Of a stretch of 64,000 bases of DNA, positions 1 through 12,073 are shown piece after piece. The notes beneath the pieces are model-generated. The model made no database searches, was not told the DNA's origin, and saw nothing but the letters and a program-made list of their open reading frames with translations. A program made the position numbers and the translations under genes. The stretch lies in NCBI GenBank assembly GCA_964106915.2, contig OZ066919.1; one strand, written 5' to 3'. Position 1 is the stretch's first letter; each line of letters starts with the position of its first letter. The DNA is from Podarcis gaigeae. Taxonomy: Eukaryota.

Positions 1-2580
1 GGCTCACTTCCCTGTTGTCCATTGCTGGAGCAAACTTTGGTGCTGTCCCTGGTGCTGCTAATCCTACTCCCGTTTTCCCATCTGCTATAGCCTCCAGTCA
101 AGCTACCTGACTCCAGCTCTTTGTTGCCTGCTACTTGGTACATGCACCCAAGTGCACATTGTTCAAAGTGGGTCCTTGAGGATCTTTTTCTGACACTATA
201 TTGGTCAACCACCTAACACAACACGAAAAGCAGGATTGCTTTCAAACTATTTCAGAAGAGCCCCAAATATATTTTGTTATTTCAATCTTTGATCAACCAG
301 CTTCATCTTTGTCTCTTTTCCAACATTGTTCCATATAGCTAACTGCAGACAATGCATGTAAATAGTTTCATGACCTTTGTCTGAGTCTTGGCTGATTTGA
401 TTTTTGGTACGATTGGATTTATTATCTTTACCTCTCATTTCTGTCCATGATTACACAAAGAAGCTTAATTGATTAAAAACAATAAAACATTGAAACATAA
501 AGAACATAGTGAAAACATACACTTTATCCAGCTGGAAAAAGAAATGAACTATTCTCCTCTAAACTTTTTTTCCTGATGTGTTATTTGGTAATTATGAGAT
601 AGAATTAAAAAATACCTTGCTGGCACTCAATTATCGTTTAAGTACTGTGTGTAACAGTACCACTTAAACACCAGGGGGCAGCTGCACCCTTGAGACTTCA
701 TCAATTTGAGAAGAAGAAATCTCACAGCTATATTACAATGCAACATTCTTCTTCAGTGACTCTTTAGGAAGAAAATGTTACATGTTACCTTATCCAACTA
801 AATAACACTTGAGATTTGAAATACACATTGTTTCTTTGTTGAATATATTTATTTTGTATCCCTCCTTTCTTTTTCTTCTCTCCAACAAAGTACAAAGAGA
901 AACAGTCAATATAACATAAATTATATAACAATAATATCATAATATACACCTCCCACTGTGCAAGTGGAAGTTGTTTCACTTAAACTATTATTTAGTTTGA
1001 TACCTACCTGCATATTTACTCAGAAGTAAGTCCCACAATGCATTCAATGGGGCTTATTTCCAAATAAATGTATACACAAGACTGAAGCATCAGAAGTCAA
1101 CGTTTTGATAAAACATTTAGCCCGTGTACCACATACACACTAAATCAGATCTAGATTTTTCTAGTGCTAGTTTTTTTTTGGGGGGGGTGTTCAATGAATA
1201 ATCATCTCCTATTTCATTACTTCTGGATATGCTGCTGTAGTTAATATACTGTAATAAACTTGCATAAAAAGAAGGAACACAATCAGTGTTCCATTCAATG
1301 TTTTTGCCTTAGGCTACTGATATATACAGAAATGCAGCGTGGAAATTAGTCTTCTTTCCTTTGCCACTATTGTATATATTTCCTGTTGCTATTTATGGTT
1401 ACACAAAGAAGCTCTGAGCATTCCACAGCCTTATAGAACCTCTGAGACTGGCACTCAATGGAAGCCTTTGTCAGAGGTGGCAAGAAACTGGTGGCATTTA
1501 GTCATATGATAGTTGCTGCTATTTCTTTAAAAACTACAATATTTTTCACTTATTACATTTACCATCTTGCATTACAAATTACCATTAAGTAGCCTCACTT
1601 ATATTAATATGCCATTAACATTACCATCTATAATCAATGAATCGAGTGAGCAAATAAGCCACAGAAGCAAATGTGTGAATGACTCACAGATTCTCTGTTG
1701 GCACTTCTTAGGCAATGTTCACTGTTCACGGTGGGGCTAGATACATTCCGTAACTCATGCATCTCGCTGTAGTAGAAGTACACAAGGTTCCTTGATGGAT
1801 GTTTCAAAGAAAACTCAAATAAAAGATGCATAAAGGGCTTCGGCAAACCATTAGCACTTTTTTTTGCAATTAGCCCTGCTGGCATTTCTCAAGAAAACCA
1901 CATTTAAATGGAATGATCATAGAGGTGGAAGAGGTTCAGAAAAAAGCAAGCCAGTGCTCAAAGTGTTGGAGGACTTTTCCCATGAAGAAAAGCCAAAGAG
2001 GTTAGGGCTCAATACTTTTCAAAACACAAGACAAAGGCAACAAAATAAAATAAGAACAGCATGGGAAAGAGATGTGGATAGAGAACATTGTCAACACAAT
2101 GTTTAATTAACACACAAATTTAACTAGCGCAAGATGTGCTGATAATCGGTAGCTTTCTAAAAAGATCCAGCAAGTTAATGAAGAACAAGCTTATCAATGA
2201 CAGTTAAATAGAACTGCCATGTTCAGAAGCAGTTTTCACCCAGGGTTATAGATGGCTAGGAATAAGCTGCTGAGGATCTTTGACATGCTGCACTAGACAT
2301 GCTCTAGGTGGCTGGTTGTAGTATTGCAACCTTAAATATATGTACATCCCTACTTACCTCTTCCTTCTTTCTGGTATGTTATGATATGTTCACTAATCAA
2401 TAAAAATAGTTGCCCATCAGTAACAACACCAAACCAGGAAGTATTTCCAAATATTCCCTTTGAAGCTTCCACATTTTGTTTGTTTGTTTTTTAAATATTT
2501 ATTGAGATTTTACAAAAAACAAAAGTTTACAGAATGAAAGAAGGGGGGGGAAGCATGTAAGAAAGAAGTATTGTTTGAAG

Positions 2581-2582
<2 letters not shown>

Positions 2583-2620
<38 letters not shown>
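2583..2620. repeat. (CT)n microsatellite
   Basis: Read directly from the sequence. Confidence 0.95.
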
Positions 2621-2622
<2 letters not shown>

Positions 2623-3070
2623 GTGTTATCAGAAAGGAAAGCACTAAGACTACAAGCCTATGCTGATTCCATTGAACACAGTGGGTCTTACTTTGGAGGA
2701 AATACGCATGGGATTGCACTGTAAGACAGTCCTTCATATCTTTCACATGTATCAGGAGAGGTCCAAAGGTGGGCTGGCCGGCTGGGGGATAAGAAAAAAA
2801 GACAACAGATCTGGCACATTTATCTGCCTTTTGTCGGTTGCATGGCATTCAAGCAGGCACAATACATATTATGTACCTGTTGCATTTCTGGTTGTCATGC
2901 AGCTGCTAAAGGCATGGGAGCTTTGCTGGGGGTGCAGAGGCCTGTTATTACTTGAGCATTACCACAAGCTCTGGGAGAGGTAGCATCCCCTTTGCCAAGA
3001 GAGGTTCTCCTTTTCAGACTTAGTTGTGGGACATTCATTCCAAATAGAGAAGAAGAGGAGGAGGAGGAGG

Positions 3071-3294
3071 AATTTGGATTTGATATCCTGCTTTATCACT
3101 ACCCAAAGGAGTCTCAAAGTGGCTAACAATCTCCTTTCCCTTCCTCCCCCTCAACAAACACTCTGTGAGGTGAGTGAGGCTGAGAGACTTCAGATAAGTG
3201 TGACTGGCCCAAGGTCACTCAGCAGCTGCATGTGGAGGAGCGGGAAGCGAACCTGGTTCACCAGATTACCACTCTTAACCACTACACCACACTG
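3071..3294 (-). mobile_element. MIR/Ther1-derived SINE (Squam3-like)
   Basis: Reverse complement has a tRNA-like head (cagtgtggtgtagtggttaagagtgg), a core (gtgaccttgggccagtcac) and an L2-type tail. Confidence 0.7.
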
Positions 3295-3360
3295 AATACC
3301 AAAAATGGTTACTGAATGCACCACACCAAGAATTACATCTTTTTTTTAAGCTTAAGTGAT

Positions 3361-3848
3361 GATCATAGAATTGTAGAGTTGGAAGGGACCCCAAGGGTCA
3401 TCCAGTCCAACCCCCTGCACTGCTGGAATCCGGCCCCAAGCTGTCCCTAGTTAAAGTAAAGGTAAATGGGCCCCTGACCATTAGGTCCAGTTGTGACCGA
3501 CTCTGGGGTTGCGGCGCTCATCTCGCTTTATTGGCCGAGGGAGTACAGCTTCTGGATCATGTGGCCAGCATGAACTAAGCCGATTCTGGTGAACCAGAGC
3601 AGCACATGGAAACACCGTTCCACCGGAGCGGTACCTATTTTTCTACTTGCACTTTGACTTGCTTTTGAACTGCTAGGTTCACCCCGTCACGGGGATTCGA
3701 ACCGCTGACCTTCTGATCAGCAAGTCCTAGGCTCTGTGGTTTAACCCACAGCGCCACCCGCGTCCCTTCAAGCTGTCTCTGGGTGGGCTCAAACCACCAA
3801 ACTTCTGGTTAACAGCCAGAGGTACTGATGCTTTGTGCCATTGGGGGC
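3361..3848 (-). mobile_element. tRNA-Asn-derived SINE with CR1-type tail, interrupted by a Sauria SINE
   Basis: Reverse complement of 3773-3848 resembles tRNA-Asn(GTT) (ggctgttaacc..ggtggtttgagcccacccag). 3361-3430 is a CR1-type 3' end (catagaattgtagagttggaagggac). Confidence 0.6.
3453..3766 (-). mobile_element. Sauria SINE, subfamily A
   Basis: Reverse complement starts gggacgcgggtggcgctgtgggttaaaccacagagcctagg and ends with an (acctt)n tail. Confidence 0.9.
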
Positions 3849-4419
3849 TCCTTAATCACTTGAGTTCTTGTTTGCATTTTGGAAATGTTATGCAGTGGCC
3901 CACTTTGGACTTTCAAATTTCAGCAGCGCCCTGTGAGACGCCAAAATCTTCTGTTTTATTGTTTTATTTCACAAGATGTATATGCCGCTTGATGCTAATA
4001 AAATCTCAAAGTGGTTTGGGAAAGTATTTTTTTAAAAAATAAGAGAGATGGTTATGATTATTTTGCTGCCCCCCCCGGTCCCTGTTCTCCTCAGCATCAG
4101 CTGCCTCGCTCATCCACTTGGGTGGGCGACCCTGCCCCGCTCGCTGCCTGCCTTGTTTGTTTGTTTCTTCAGGAAACGTGACCTCAGGCCTTTTGTGGTG
4201 CTGAGTGCAAAAAACAGACGAAAAAGGCGCCCTCAGCAGCCAGCCCTCGGTCCCTCCCTCCTTGCCTCGCTCGCTCGCTCGCTCTTCCCCGGCGACTTTC
4301 TTTGGGCGGGCGCGCGGGGTGCTGAGGGACACGCCTTCCGCCCAGCAGAACAAAACAAGCCCCGCTCTCGGGAGGCTTGAGCCCGGCCAGCCTGAGCGAG
4401 AAAGAGCCAGAGCATAGAG

Positions 4420-4461
4420 GGGACAGCAGTCAGCAGCCGGACGCGCGCCAGCATTCGCCAG
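4420..4461 (+). other. CSRP1: Putative non-coding exon 1 of CSRP1 (5' boundary uncertain)
   Basis: Strong donor in the CpG island. Exon 2 starts 1 nt before the ATG, so an upstream non-coding exon is required, as in vertebrate CSRP1. Confidence 0.7.
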
Positions 4462-4566
4462 GTAAGCAAGCGCCAGGCCGGGCCTTTTCCCTCCTTTTCC
4501 CGCCGTTCCGCGGGCGGGGCACTTGGGCCGCCGCGGCACTGCCTGGGAAGGGTTGGTGGCAAACGC

Positions 4567-4567
<1 letters not shown>

Positions 4568-4597
<30 letters not shown>
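4568..4597. repeat. (CTG)10 microsatellite in CSRP1 intron 1
   Basis: Read directly from the sequence. Confidence 0.95.
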
Positions 4598-4601
<4 letters not shown>

Positions 4602-5648
4602 GGCTGCAGCGCGTCTGAAGAAAGTTCCCTTGCGGCTGCGGGGGCGCCATGTCTTGCCGCGCCTTTTCCCCTTATGTCACAGAGCTAACTTTCGGGGTTC
4701 TGATCCCCCTTGGTTTCCCCTCAGAAGCAGCCGTCTCTGCGACAGGAGTGTGCGTCAAATGAACTAATAAAATCCCTCGAGACGCACAAGCCTTGTTTGC
4801 GCCATGAAAACGCACGCGCGGGGGGGGGGGGGAGGTTACGCGAGAGTAAGCCACGCTTCAGCTTCCCGTAGAGCTGACGAGCCCTAAACCAAACTCTGCC
4901 TCCTCGACTGTGAGACATGATTCGCATCTTTTCTCCCCCTGCAGGGAAATGGTAATTATTTGGGGTCAATATGCAATTTTAAAAAGCATTGCAACACACT
5001 CAGCCTTACTTACTACCTGATTCTTGGTTTTTCAGTTCAGAACCTGGTTTTGCCTTTGTGAATGCATCTTAAACGTTTGAATGGGGCCTCCTTTTTTGGA
5101 GTTTGGGGGGGGGCATACTGAAGAAAATCCTGCTCTGACTCCTCCAGAGCCTACCTTAATACCTCTGGATAATCCAACAAATTCATTGTGATATGATGTC
5201 CAAAAGGCGTGTGGCTACATTTCATTCTTAGCTGATGAGTGATGTGTTTCATCTAAAAAGTACATGGTGGGCATCCTGTAGACTGTCTAGACCAGTGCAA
5301 GAAATCCAGAGTTTGAGCATCCCCATCAGATGGCTGTCCAGTCCCTGCCTGAGAAACTCCAGGAGAAAGAGCTCTTCTCTCTTGTTGAACTGCTCTCCTC
5401 TTGAAGTCTCTTCAAAATCTACCCCAAATCTACCCCCTGTAACTCAACCTATTAAACCTAGTCCTGCCCTTTGCAGCAGCAAAGAACAAGTATTTGTGGG
5501 ACAGCTGTTCAGGTTTTGAAGAGTGCCTTTGCATTTCCTCCCAGTCTTCTCATCTCCAGCTTAAACATATCCAGTTTTCTCAAGCTTTCCTAACACAACT
5601 TTCTATACCCCTGTGCATCTTCACTGACCTCCTCTGAATTGCCTACAA

Positions 5649-5909
5649 CAGGCCGTCCAACTTCCAAGAGACTGTGATCTACTCCCAGTATAAAAAAACT
5701 GGCAGTGATCTACCCTTTGCCATTGGAGGGAGGAGAAGCATGGGTGGGGTGGGTGGATTGCCCAGAGTTGTTGAGCTTTTTTGGGGTAGAATTGCCCAGA
5801 GTTCTTCAGCTTTTATTTGTTAACTTTATTTAATTCCACGATTGATAAGGGTCCCAGGATCAGCCGGGGATCTACCAGTAGATTGCGATGTACCTGTTGG
5901 ACATGCCTG
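5649..5909. mobile_element. Non-autonomous hAT element
   Basis: Imperfect TIRs CAGGCCGTCCAAC / GTTGGACATGCCTG; 8-bp TSD GCCTACAA/GCATACAA. Confidence 0.7.
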
Positions 5910-5924
5910 GCATACAACGTAAAG

Positions 5925-6062
5925 CAGTGTTTCTCAAACTGTGGGTCCCCAGATGTTGTTGGACTACAACTCCCATCATGCCTAGCCAGCATGACAAGTG
6001 GTCAGGGATTATGGGAGTTGTAGTCCAACAACATCTGGGGACCCACAGGTTGAGAACTGCTG
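5925..6062. mobile_element. Palindromic hAT MITE
   Basis: Near-perfect hairpin with a ggactacaactccc / gggagttgtagtcc core; perfect 8-bp TSD ACGTAAAG. Confidence 0.9.
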
Positions 6063-6261
6063 ACGTAAAGGGATATGGGACCAGTGGCTGTCCAGATGCT
6101 GCTGAACTGCATCTCCCTCCATCCTGATCATGGGCCATGCTAACTGGATGGGACTGGGAAGTCCAGCAATATCTCAAGATCCACAGGTTCCCCACCCAAT
6201 TTATATTCTCTTTAAAGTGTGGTGCCCGGAGTAGCATGATGGAGCATACTGTGTGACATAC

Positions 6262-6624
6262 CTTCTTCTTTGGCAATCACTCGTAGCTGAGTAAGATTGT
6301 CTTCCATAAACACGGTTTTAACAATGAGTCCATAAGTGACTGTGGAGGCCAATTCTGGATCCACATGTCCTTCCACAGTGGGGACATCGGTTTACGGGCG
6401 GGAGTTGATCACGGTGTGGATTTGCCAAGCGTGTCTTCCTCTTGGCATGTTTCTCCCTTGCATACTGAGTTCGAGTGTCTTCAAAGCCCATGACACCTTT
6501 GGTAAAGGCTGTTCTCCAACTGGAGCGCTCGCAGGCCAGTGTTTCCCAGCTGCCAGTGTTTATACTACATTTTTAAAGATTTGCCTTGAGACAGTCTTTA
6601 AACCTCTTTTGTTGATCACCAGCA
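6262..6624 (-). mobile_element. RTE-clade LINE 3' fragment
   Basis: Minus strand reads ..QQKRFKDCLKANLKKC..WETLACERSSWR..CPHCGRTCGSRIGLHSH, an RTE C-terminal zinc-knuckle region; (GAA)n tail. Confidence 0.8.
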
Positions 6625-7539
6625 CTACGCTTTCCAACTACAGTACATTTGCTGTACAAATACAGTCTGTTGAAATCTTGCTGGCATTAGTATTTAGGGT
6701 GGTGTATTAGGTAAATTCTTAATTTGAATAACAGAAGGAACAGTTCTACTCCTTGATAAATACCCCAAGGCTATTATTTCTATTGTTGTATTTATAACTG
6801 GCAATTATCTTCAACAGCAGTTGCATTCTGAATTTGTATGGTTGACTAAAAACTTCAGAGCTATTTGGTACCACAATTTCAAAAGTATTGAGCATGCTGA
6901 GTACCTGTTGAACACTTGACTTCTTTGCAAAAAACCAAAACTAAACACCCTGGGCCTGGCTTACTTAGAAGACATTGTAAGGGTTTATGGAACTTCAGTT
7001 TAGGTTTCATTAGTATTACTGATTCTCTGTATACATCCTGTAAATATTCACATTTTAAGACTGGAAATGAAGTTAAGAGATTGTTAGGCCTAGCTCTGTG
7101 CACCTAAAAGAATGTTTGGCTTTTTTAAAAAAAAATTGAAGCAAGTACTTTAGATTGCCAGAGTTTGTGTTGGGAATCCTTATCTACCCTGAACATTGAA
7201 AAGTCAGTATTGAAGCCTGTTGTGGAAAGGTACTGGGCAGATAGCAGAGTGCGTTGTGCTGAATGGAATTACTATAATCATGCTTTGTCTAGTTGCAGTA
7301 CCTTTTTACTTAAGAATTTGACTGTTGTTTAGTACTAAAGAATGTCCATTTATGGTAAAGCATGCTATTACTCAATGATCTGATAATTGCATGAGTGTCT
7401 GTGTTCCTTCCCTAGCAGACTTGGAACCTTCCTGACCACAAGTGACTATTAGCTCCAAGAATGTGGCAAAACAACCACAGAAAACTTTGTGAGTTTGCGT
7501 AAATCAGGTTTTTTTGCTCGTGAAATAATTAGCTGGATT

Positions 7540-7660
7540 GTATGGTGAAGCTACTCCAGGCCTCCTGGGTTCAGATTCAGTTCTTTAGCCATTTGGCCAG
7601 CCTCAGTTTCTCATCTGTAACATGATAATATTAGTGATTTGTGTTAGAACCATGAACACA
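7540..7660 (+). mobile_element. Old MIR/CORE-SINE remnant
   Basis: CORE motif gcctcagtttctcatctgtaa. Confidence 0.5.
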
Positions 7661-8549
7661 ATGAGATTGTCACACAGGGAATTCAAGTGCTTCTTAAATG
7701 ATAAATACTTGTAGAAATTGTAGAGGGAAATGGGACGCTAGGCACACTAGCAGTGGTGTACCTAGGCTCCCTTGGCTTGTATCAGCAGCTCTGAAGTTGA
7801 GAGACACCATGGACCAGAAACTCAAAATGTTTGCTTTTCATTGCTTTTCATGCACCCATCAGTGTCTTCCTCTGTGGCCATGTGGGTGGGGTCTACTCTG
7901 CTCATCTCCTCCTTCATTTTTCCTCCTCCAGCAACTCTTGCCCACTCTTTCTTCCCTCCAAGCACCAGTGGGTGCTCCCCTCACATTTCAAATACAGCCG
8001 CTGGCCAGTTGGGCAGGGGGGGCCCCACAGGGCTGCTCTGATGGCCCACACCAACAACTGGATTCCTCTACCACGGTGCCTAGAGGAGCCTGCACACTTG
8101 CCTGCCACCCAGATCAGCAGAGGAGCGGACCATAGAGCGTGCCGAAGGGCTGGCAGGCTCCTAGCCACTCTGAGCCAGAGTGGAGAGGCACGATTTTGCT
8201 CCCCTCTGGGTTTGCTCCCAAGGTGGAGACCAACCTGGCCAACACATGGGTATGTCCCTATACCCCTTTCATAATGCAGACTTATGAGGATTGCCTCCCT
8301 TAAGGACGAGGCAGTCTCCCAATTCCCCCCATATCCCCTCATCATTGGAACTTCTAATTCTGGGCCCTGAAAAGTATGCCCTGCAACTACTTCCTGCCTT
8401 TTATTTTTTCTCTTTGCCCCCAAGTCATGAATGTGAATGAGGCTTATAACGAAGCTGTTGTAATTTACATTTAAGGAAGCATGGGGATTTTCTTCAGAAG
8501 CTGAAGCTGACAGACTAGAACAGGAACAGGAACATTTAGTGGTCTAAAC

Positions 8550-8685
8550 CAGTGTTTCCCAAACTTGGGTCTCCAGCTGTTTTTGGACTACAACTCCCAT
8601 TATCCCTAGCTAGCAGGACCAGTGGTCAGGGACGATGGGAATTGTAGTCCAAAAAGAGCTGGGGACCCAAGTTTGGGAAACACTG
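8550..8685. mobile_element. Palindromic hAT MITE inserted into a Sauria SINE head
   Basis: TIRs CAGTGTTTCCCAAACTTGGG / CCCAAGTTTGGGAAACACTG; perfect TSD GTCTAAAC. Confidence 0.9.
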
Positions 8686-9051
8686 GTCTAAACCACTGAG
8701 TCTCTTGGGCTTGCCAATCAGAAAGTCGGCTGTTTGAATCACCGCCACAGGGTGAACTCCCGTTGCTTGGTCCCTGCTCCTGCCAACCTATCAGTTTGAA
8801 AGCATGCCAAAAAAGTGCAAGTAGATAAATAGGTACCACTTCAGCAGGAAGGTAAATGACATTTCTGTGAGCTGCTCTGGTTTCGGTGTTCCGTTGCGCC
8901 AGAAGCGGCTTAGTCCTGCTGGCCACATGACCCGAAAAAACTGTCTACGGACAAACGCCGGTTCCTTCGGCCTGTAAAGCGAGATGAGCGCCGCAACCCC
9001 AGAGTCGTCTGCAACTGGACTTAACTGTCAGGGGTCCTTTAACTTTTTACC
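8686..9051 (+). mobile_element. Sauria SINE (variant head gtctaaaccactgag), 5' end disrupted
   Basis: Body motifs gtgcaagtagataaataggtacc and gagatgagcgccgcaaccccagagtc; degenerate acctt tail. Confidence 0.85.
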
Positions 9052-11709
9052 ATCACCCCATAGACAGCATGACCAATGGTCAGGGATGATGAGAGTTGTG
9101 GTCTTCAAAACAGCCACAGGCTCCCGACCCCAGGTACTGGATGTCATTCCTGCTTCCCCCCACATTTGTACAGATTATTTGGTTGTCACTTACCAGCTCT
9201 AAGTTAACTTACTTATAAACTGTGATGAATCCCATTAACGTTAATGGGTCTAAAGTGGGTTAAATCCAATTACTTTAATTTTGTTATGGATAGGGATGTA
9301 CAGTTAATCTCTTTGTTTTTCTAAAGTGCCATTTATCAGGCCACCCTCTGCTGCTGTTCAACTTAGTGGTTGCGATCTCATGCTTCATTAAATATTTCCT
9401 TTCAATGTTTTTTTTTATTCTGCCAGTTTAACACAGATCAGTGCTATTCTGAAACTGATTTCACCAGCAGCTGACCTGCAGTGTATGCCCTGTAGCGCAT
9501 CTGGCAACAAACATATGAGAATCTTGTGACTGGTTTAGTGGTGTCATAACGCAAAATATACATGATCTGAAGAGAAGCAAACTTCTCCCACCTGAGAATA
9601 CTTTCTTCTTCCTTTAAAAAAAGTGTTGAGCTGCAAAGGAAGTCACAGTGTGCCCTGTGTCTTGCTCAGCTTGAACTTTATTTATCCATTACCTGCTATA
9701 ATCAAGTAGCATGTGGTACAAGCTACTCCTGCAGCTTCTTCCTGGGCATTATGGATGAGGGCTGATCTCATAATCACATTATTGTTTTGTGAAATTTCCC
9801 CTCTACAGTTCTTTCCCTCCCCCTTCAGTATCATGACATGTTGTGTCCCAGCATGCAGGGGGAGGGGGGGAGAACTTAAACCAAAGTTGCTGCAGCTATA
9901 TTTTCTGGTCCCTTGATAGATGGATGATTCTCCCATATTAGTATTGGATATATTCCCAGTGGGCTCAGCCACCGAGTGTTCTACTCCTATTGTGCTTTTG
10001 CAGGTGGTGACTCATAGCTCAGAAGGAATCCCTTCCAAATGATAATGTAAACATCCGGAAAGCATTGGATAATCCATTTTAAAATTATACGTTCTGGCAA
10101 TTGTCTCTTAGGTTAGACATACAGCCATGGGAAATAGAAATACTGTTATCCAATTGATACTTGTGAATGCAAAGTTTAGATAAAGCCTACTTACTTATGT
10201 AGTGTGGGAGTATAAATATGACTATAAATAGTCATAATCTTACTGAGGGTGGAAAGATAAATTTCCTGTTTCAATTCATCAACTGGTCAGCATCGAACCA
10301 CATAATTTCTGTAGTTGGGTGCAATAGGATTTGACAGGCAAGAAGGGAAGGCCACCATTTGAATAGAACAAAGGATTAATTTAAAAACTGTAAATAATGA
10401 TTTTGATCTAAATAGATAAGCAGCAGCTGCGGCATAACCATGATTCTTAACTTCCTGCTGTCTCAGTGACCAGCTGCTCCTTCCCCCAACTGTATGTACG
10501 CGTATGTGTGTATATATTTTTATATATAATGTTCCAATACTGTTCCTCAGGAAATCACACTTCTTACACTCTTCCATTGTCAGAACTGTCCATTTATTCC
10601 TTCTCTCTGCTTCCTGTTCTTTACTTATCTATAAGAGGACTGGCCTTCTTAGTCCATGACTGCTAAGCTTCTTCAGGAGTTTTGAGTAAGAACTTTGTCA
10701 AAAACTTTTAAAAAGTCTGTATACTGTATACAATGTATACTGGATCACCCATATTTGTATGCTTATTGACACATTATTTTTAGAAATGAACCAACAATTT
10801 CTGCCTAAACATAGCTGGTTCCTGCCTGGTGCAAAATGTTTAGTGTGTCATTTTGATTACCGGTAATGAGTGGAAAGTTCTGACTGTGTTTGACCTGTTG
10901 CTGTTGTCACCCTTGTACTTCTTTATTATTGCAGTGGGACCATAACAATGTATTCAGGTGCTTCCCATCTTTCTGGGAAAGTATTTAGGTTTAGATTACA
11001 TATATTGGGTGTCTTGGTGGCTGTTCCTGAACTGCTGATCTCTATTTGCAAAGTGCCGAGGACTACATATAAGAGTTCATGCCATATGGAACTATGTCTG
11101 TGTAGATTGTTTACAAAATACGATATATCTACACCCTATGCATATTTAAAAAGTGTGCAGTTCAACATAATGCCACGAGAAATGCCACATCTGAAAGCAT
11201 TTCGACTTGACAGACAGAATAATCCCCCCCCCCCCGTGCACTGTTCTGGGGATTCTCCCAACCCCATAGGGCCAATTTCACAGGGTGAATGGGGTGGTAA
11301 ACCCCATTGTGCAAACAGAAGCCAAGTTAGGTGCATCCCACTCCATGTAACTAGGAAATCTGGTTATCAGATATTATTGCCAAATATATTTTCAAATGTT
11401 TCATATCACTCTTATCTCAACTTTCTTATCATTTAAAAGGAGCAATTTAAAAAATCATTACTTAAAGGAATACCCTGCCGTCATATATATCCTTGTATGG
11501 TGTTTTCACTGTAAGCAAACCACTGTGAGTTAACTATAGCAATAGCAATCCTGACAAATCCTTAATCAGTTGTTTTTTTTAATTTCAGAAATAACAAAAG
11601 ATACACAACAGCAGTTTGCACACTAATATATCATCTATTTTTGAAAGATAATATAAGGGAAACAAGAGTTAGAAGAAGCAATAAGTAATGAGTGGAGTAA
11701 GAGAAGATA

Positions 11710-12073
11710 GGGGACGCAGGTGGCGCTGTGGGTTAAAGCCTCAGCGCCTAGGACTTGCCGATCGAAAGGTCAGCGGTTCAAATCCCTGCGGCGGGGTGCG
11801 CTCCCGCTGCTCGGTCCCAGCGCCTGCCAACCTAGCAGTTCGAAAGCACCCCCGGGTGCAAGTAGATAAATAGGGACCGCTTACCAGCGGGAAGGTAAAC
11901 GGCGTTTCCGTGTGTGGCTCTGGCTTGCCAGAGCAGCGATGTCACGCTGGCCACGTGACCCGGAAGTGTCTCCGGACAGCGCTGGCCCCTGGCCTCTTAA
12001 GTGAGATGGGCGCACAACCCCAGAGTCTGTCAAGACTGGCCCGTACGGGCAGGGGTACCTTTACCTTTACCTT
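11710..12073 (+). mobile_element. Sauria SINE, young subfamily B
   Basis: Full length with (ACCTTT)n tail; TSD TAAGAGAAGA(T/C)A. Confidence 0.95.

Larger units (their letters stand above)
4060..4930. promoter_or_regulatory. CSRP1: CpG island / promoter of CSRP1
   Basis: Abrupt GC- and CpG-rich block in an AT-rich background, with GC boxes (GGGCGG/CCGCCC). It contains the donor CCAG|GTAAGC at 4461/4462. Confidence 0.85.

Noticed and set aside
3773-3848. tRNA-Asn gene
   Set aside because: The D-arm and acceptor stem are degenerate and it is fused to a CR1-type tail, so it is a SINE head rather than a functional tRNA.
4006-4688. Overlapping ORFs with poly-Ser or poly-Cys at the CSRP1 promoter
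   Set aside because: Artefacts of the GC-rich island and the CTG repeat; no recognisable domain.
5925-6062. Long hairpins as miRNA precursors or CRISPR-like repeats
   Set aside because: TIRs, 8-bp TSDs and multiple dispersed copies show these are hAT MITEs; there is no repeat-spacer array in the window.
7698-8423. Cluster of 145-169 aa overlapping ORFs in CSRP1 intron 1
   Set aside because: GC-richer patch, probably a repeat fragment; no splice-consistent exon or domain recognised.
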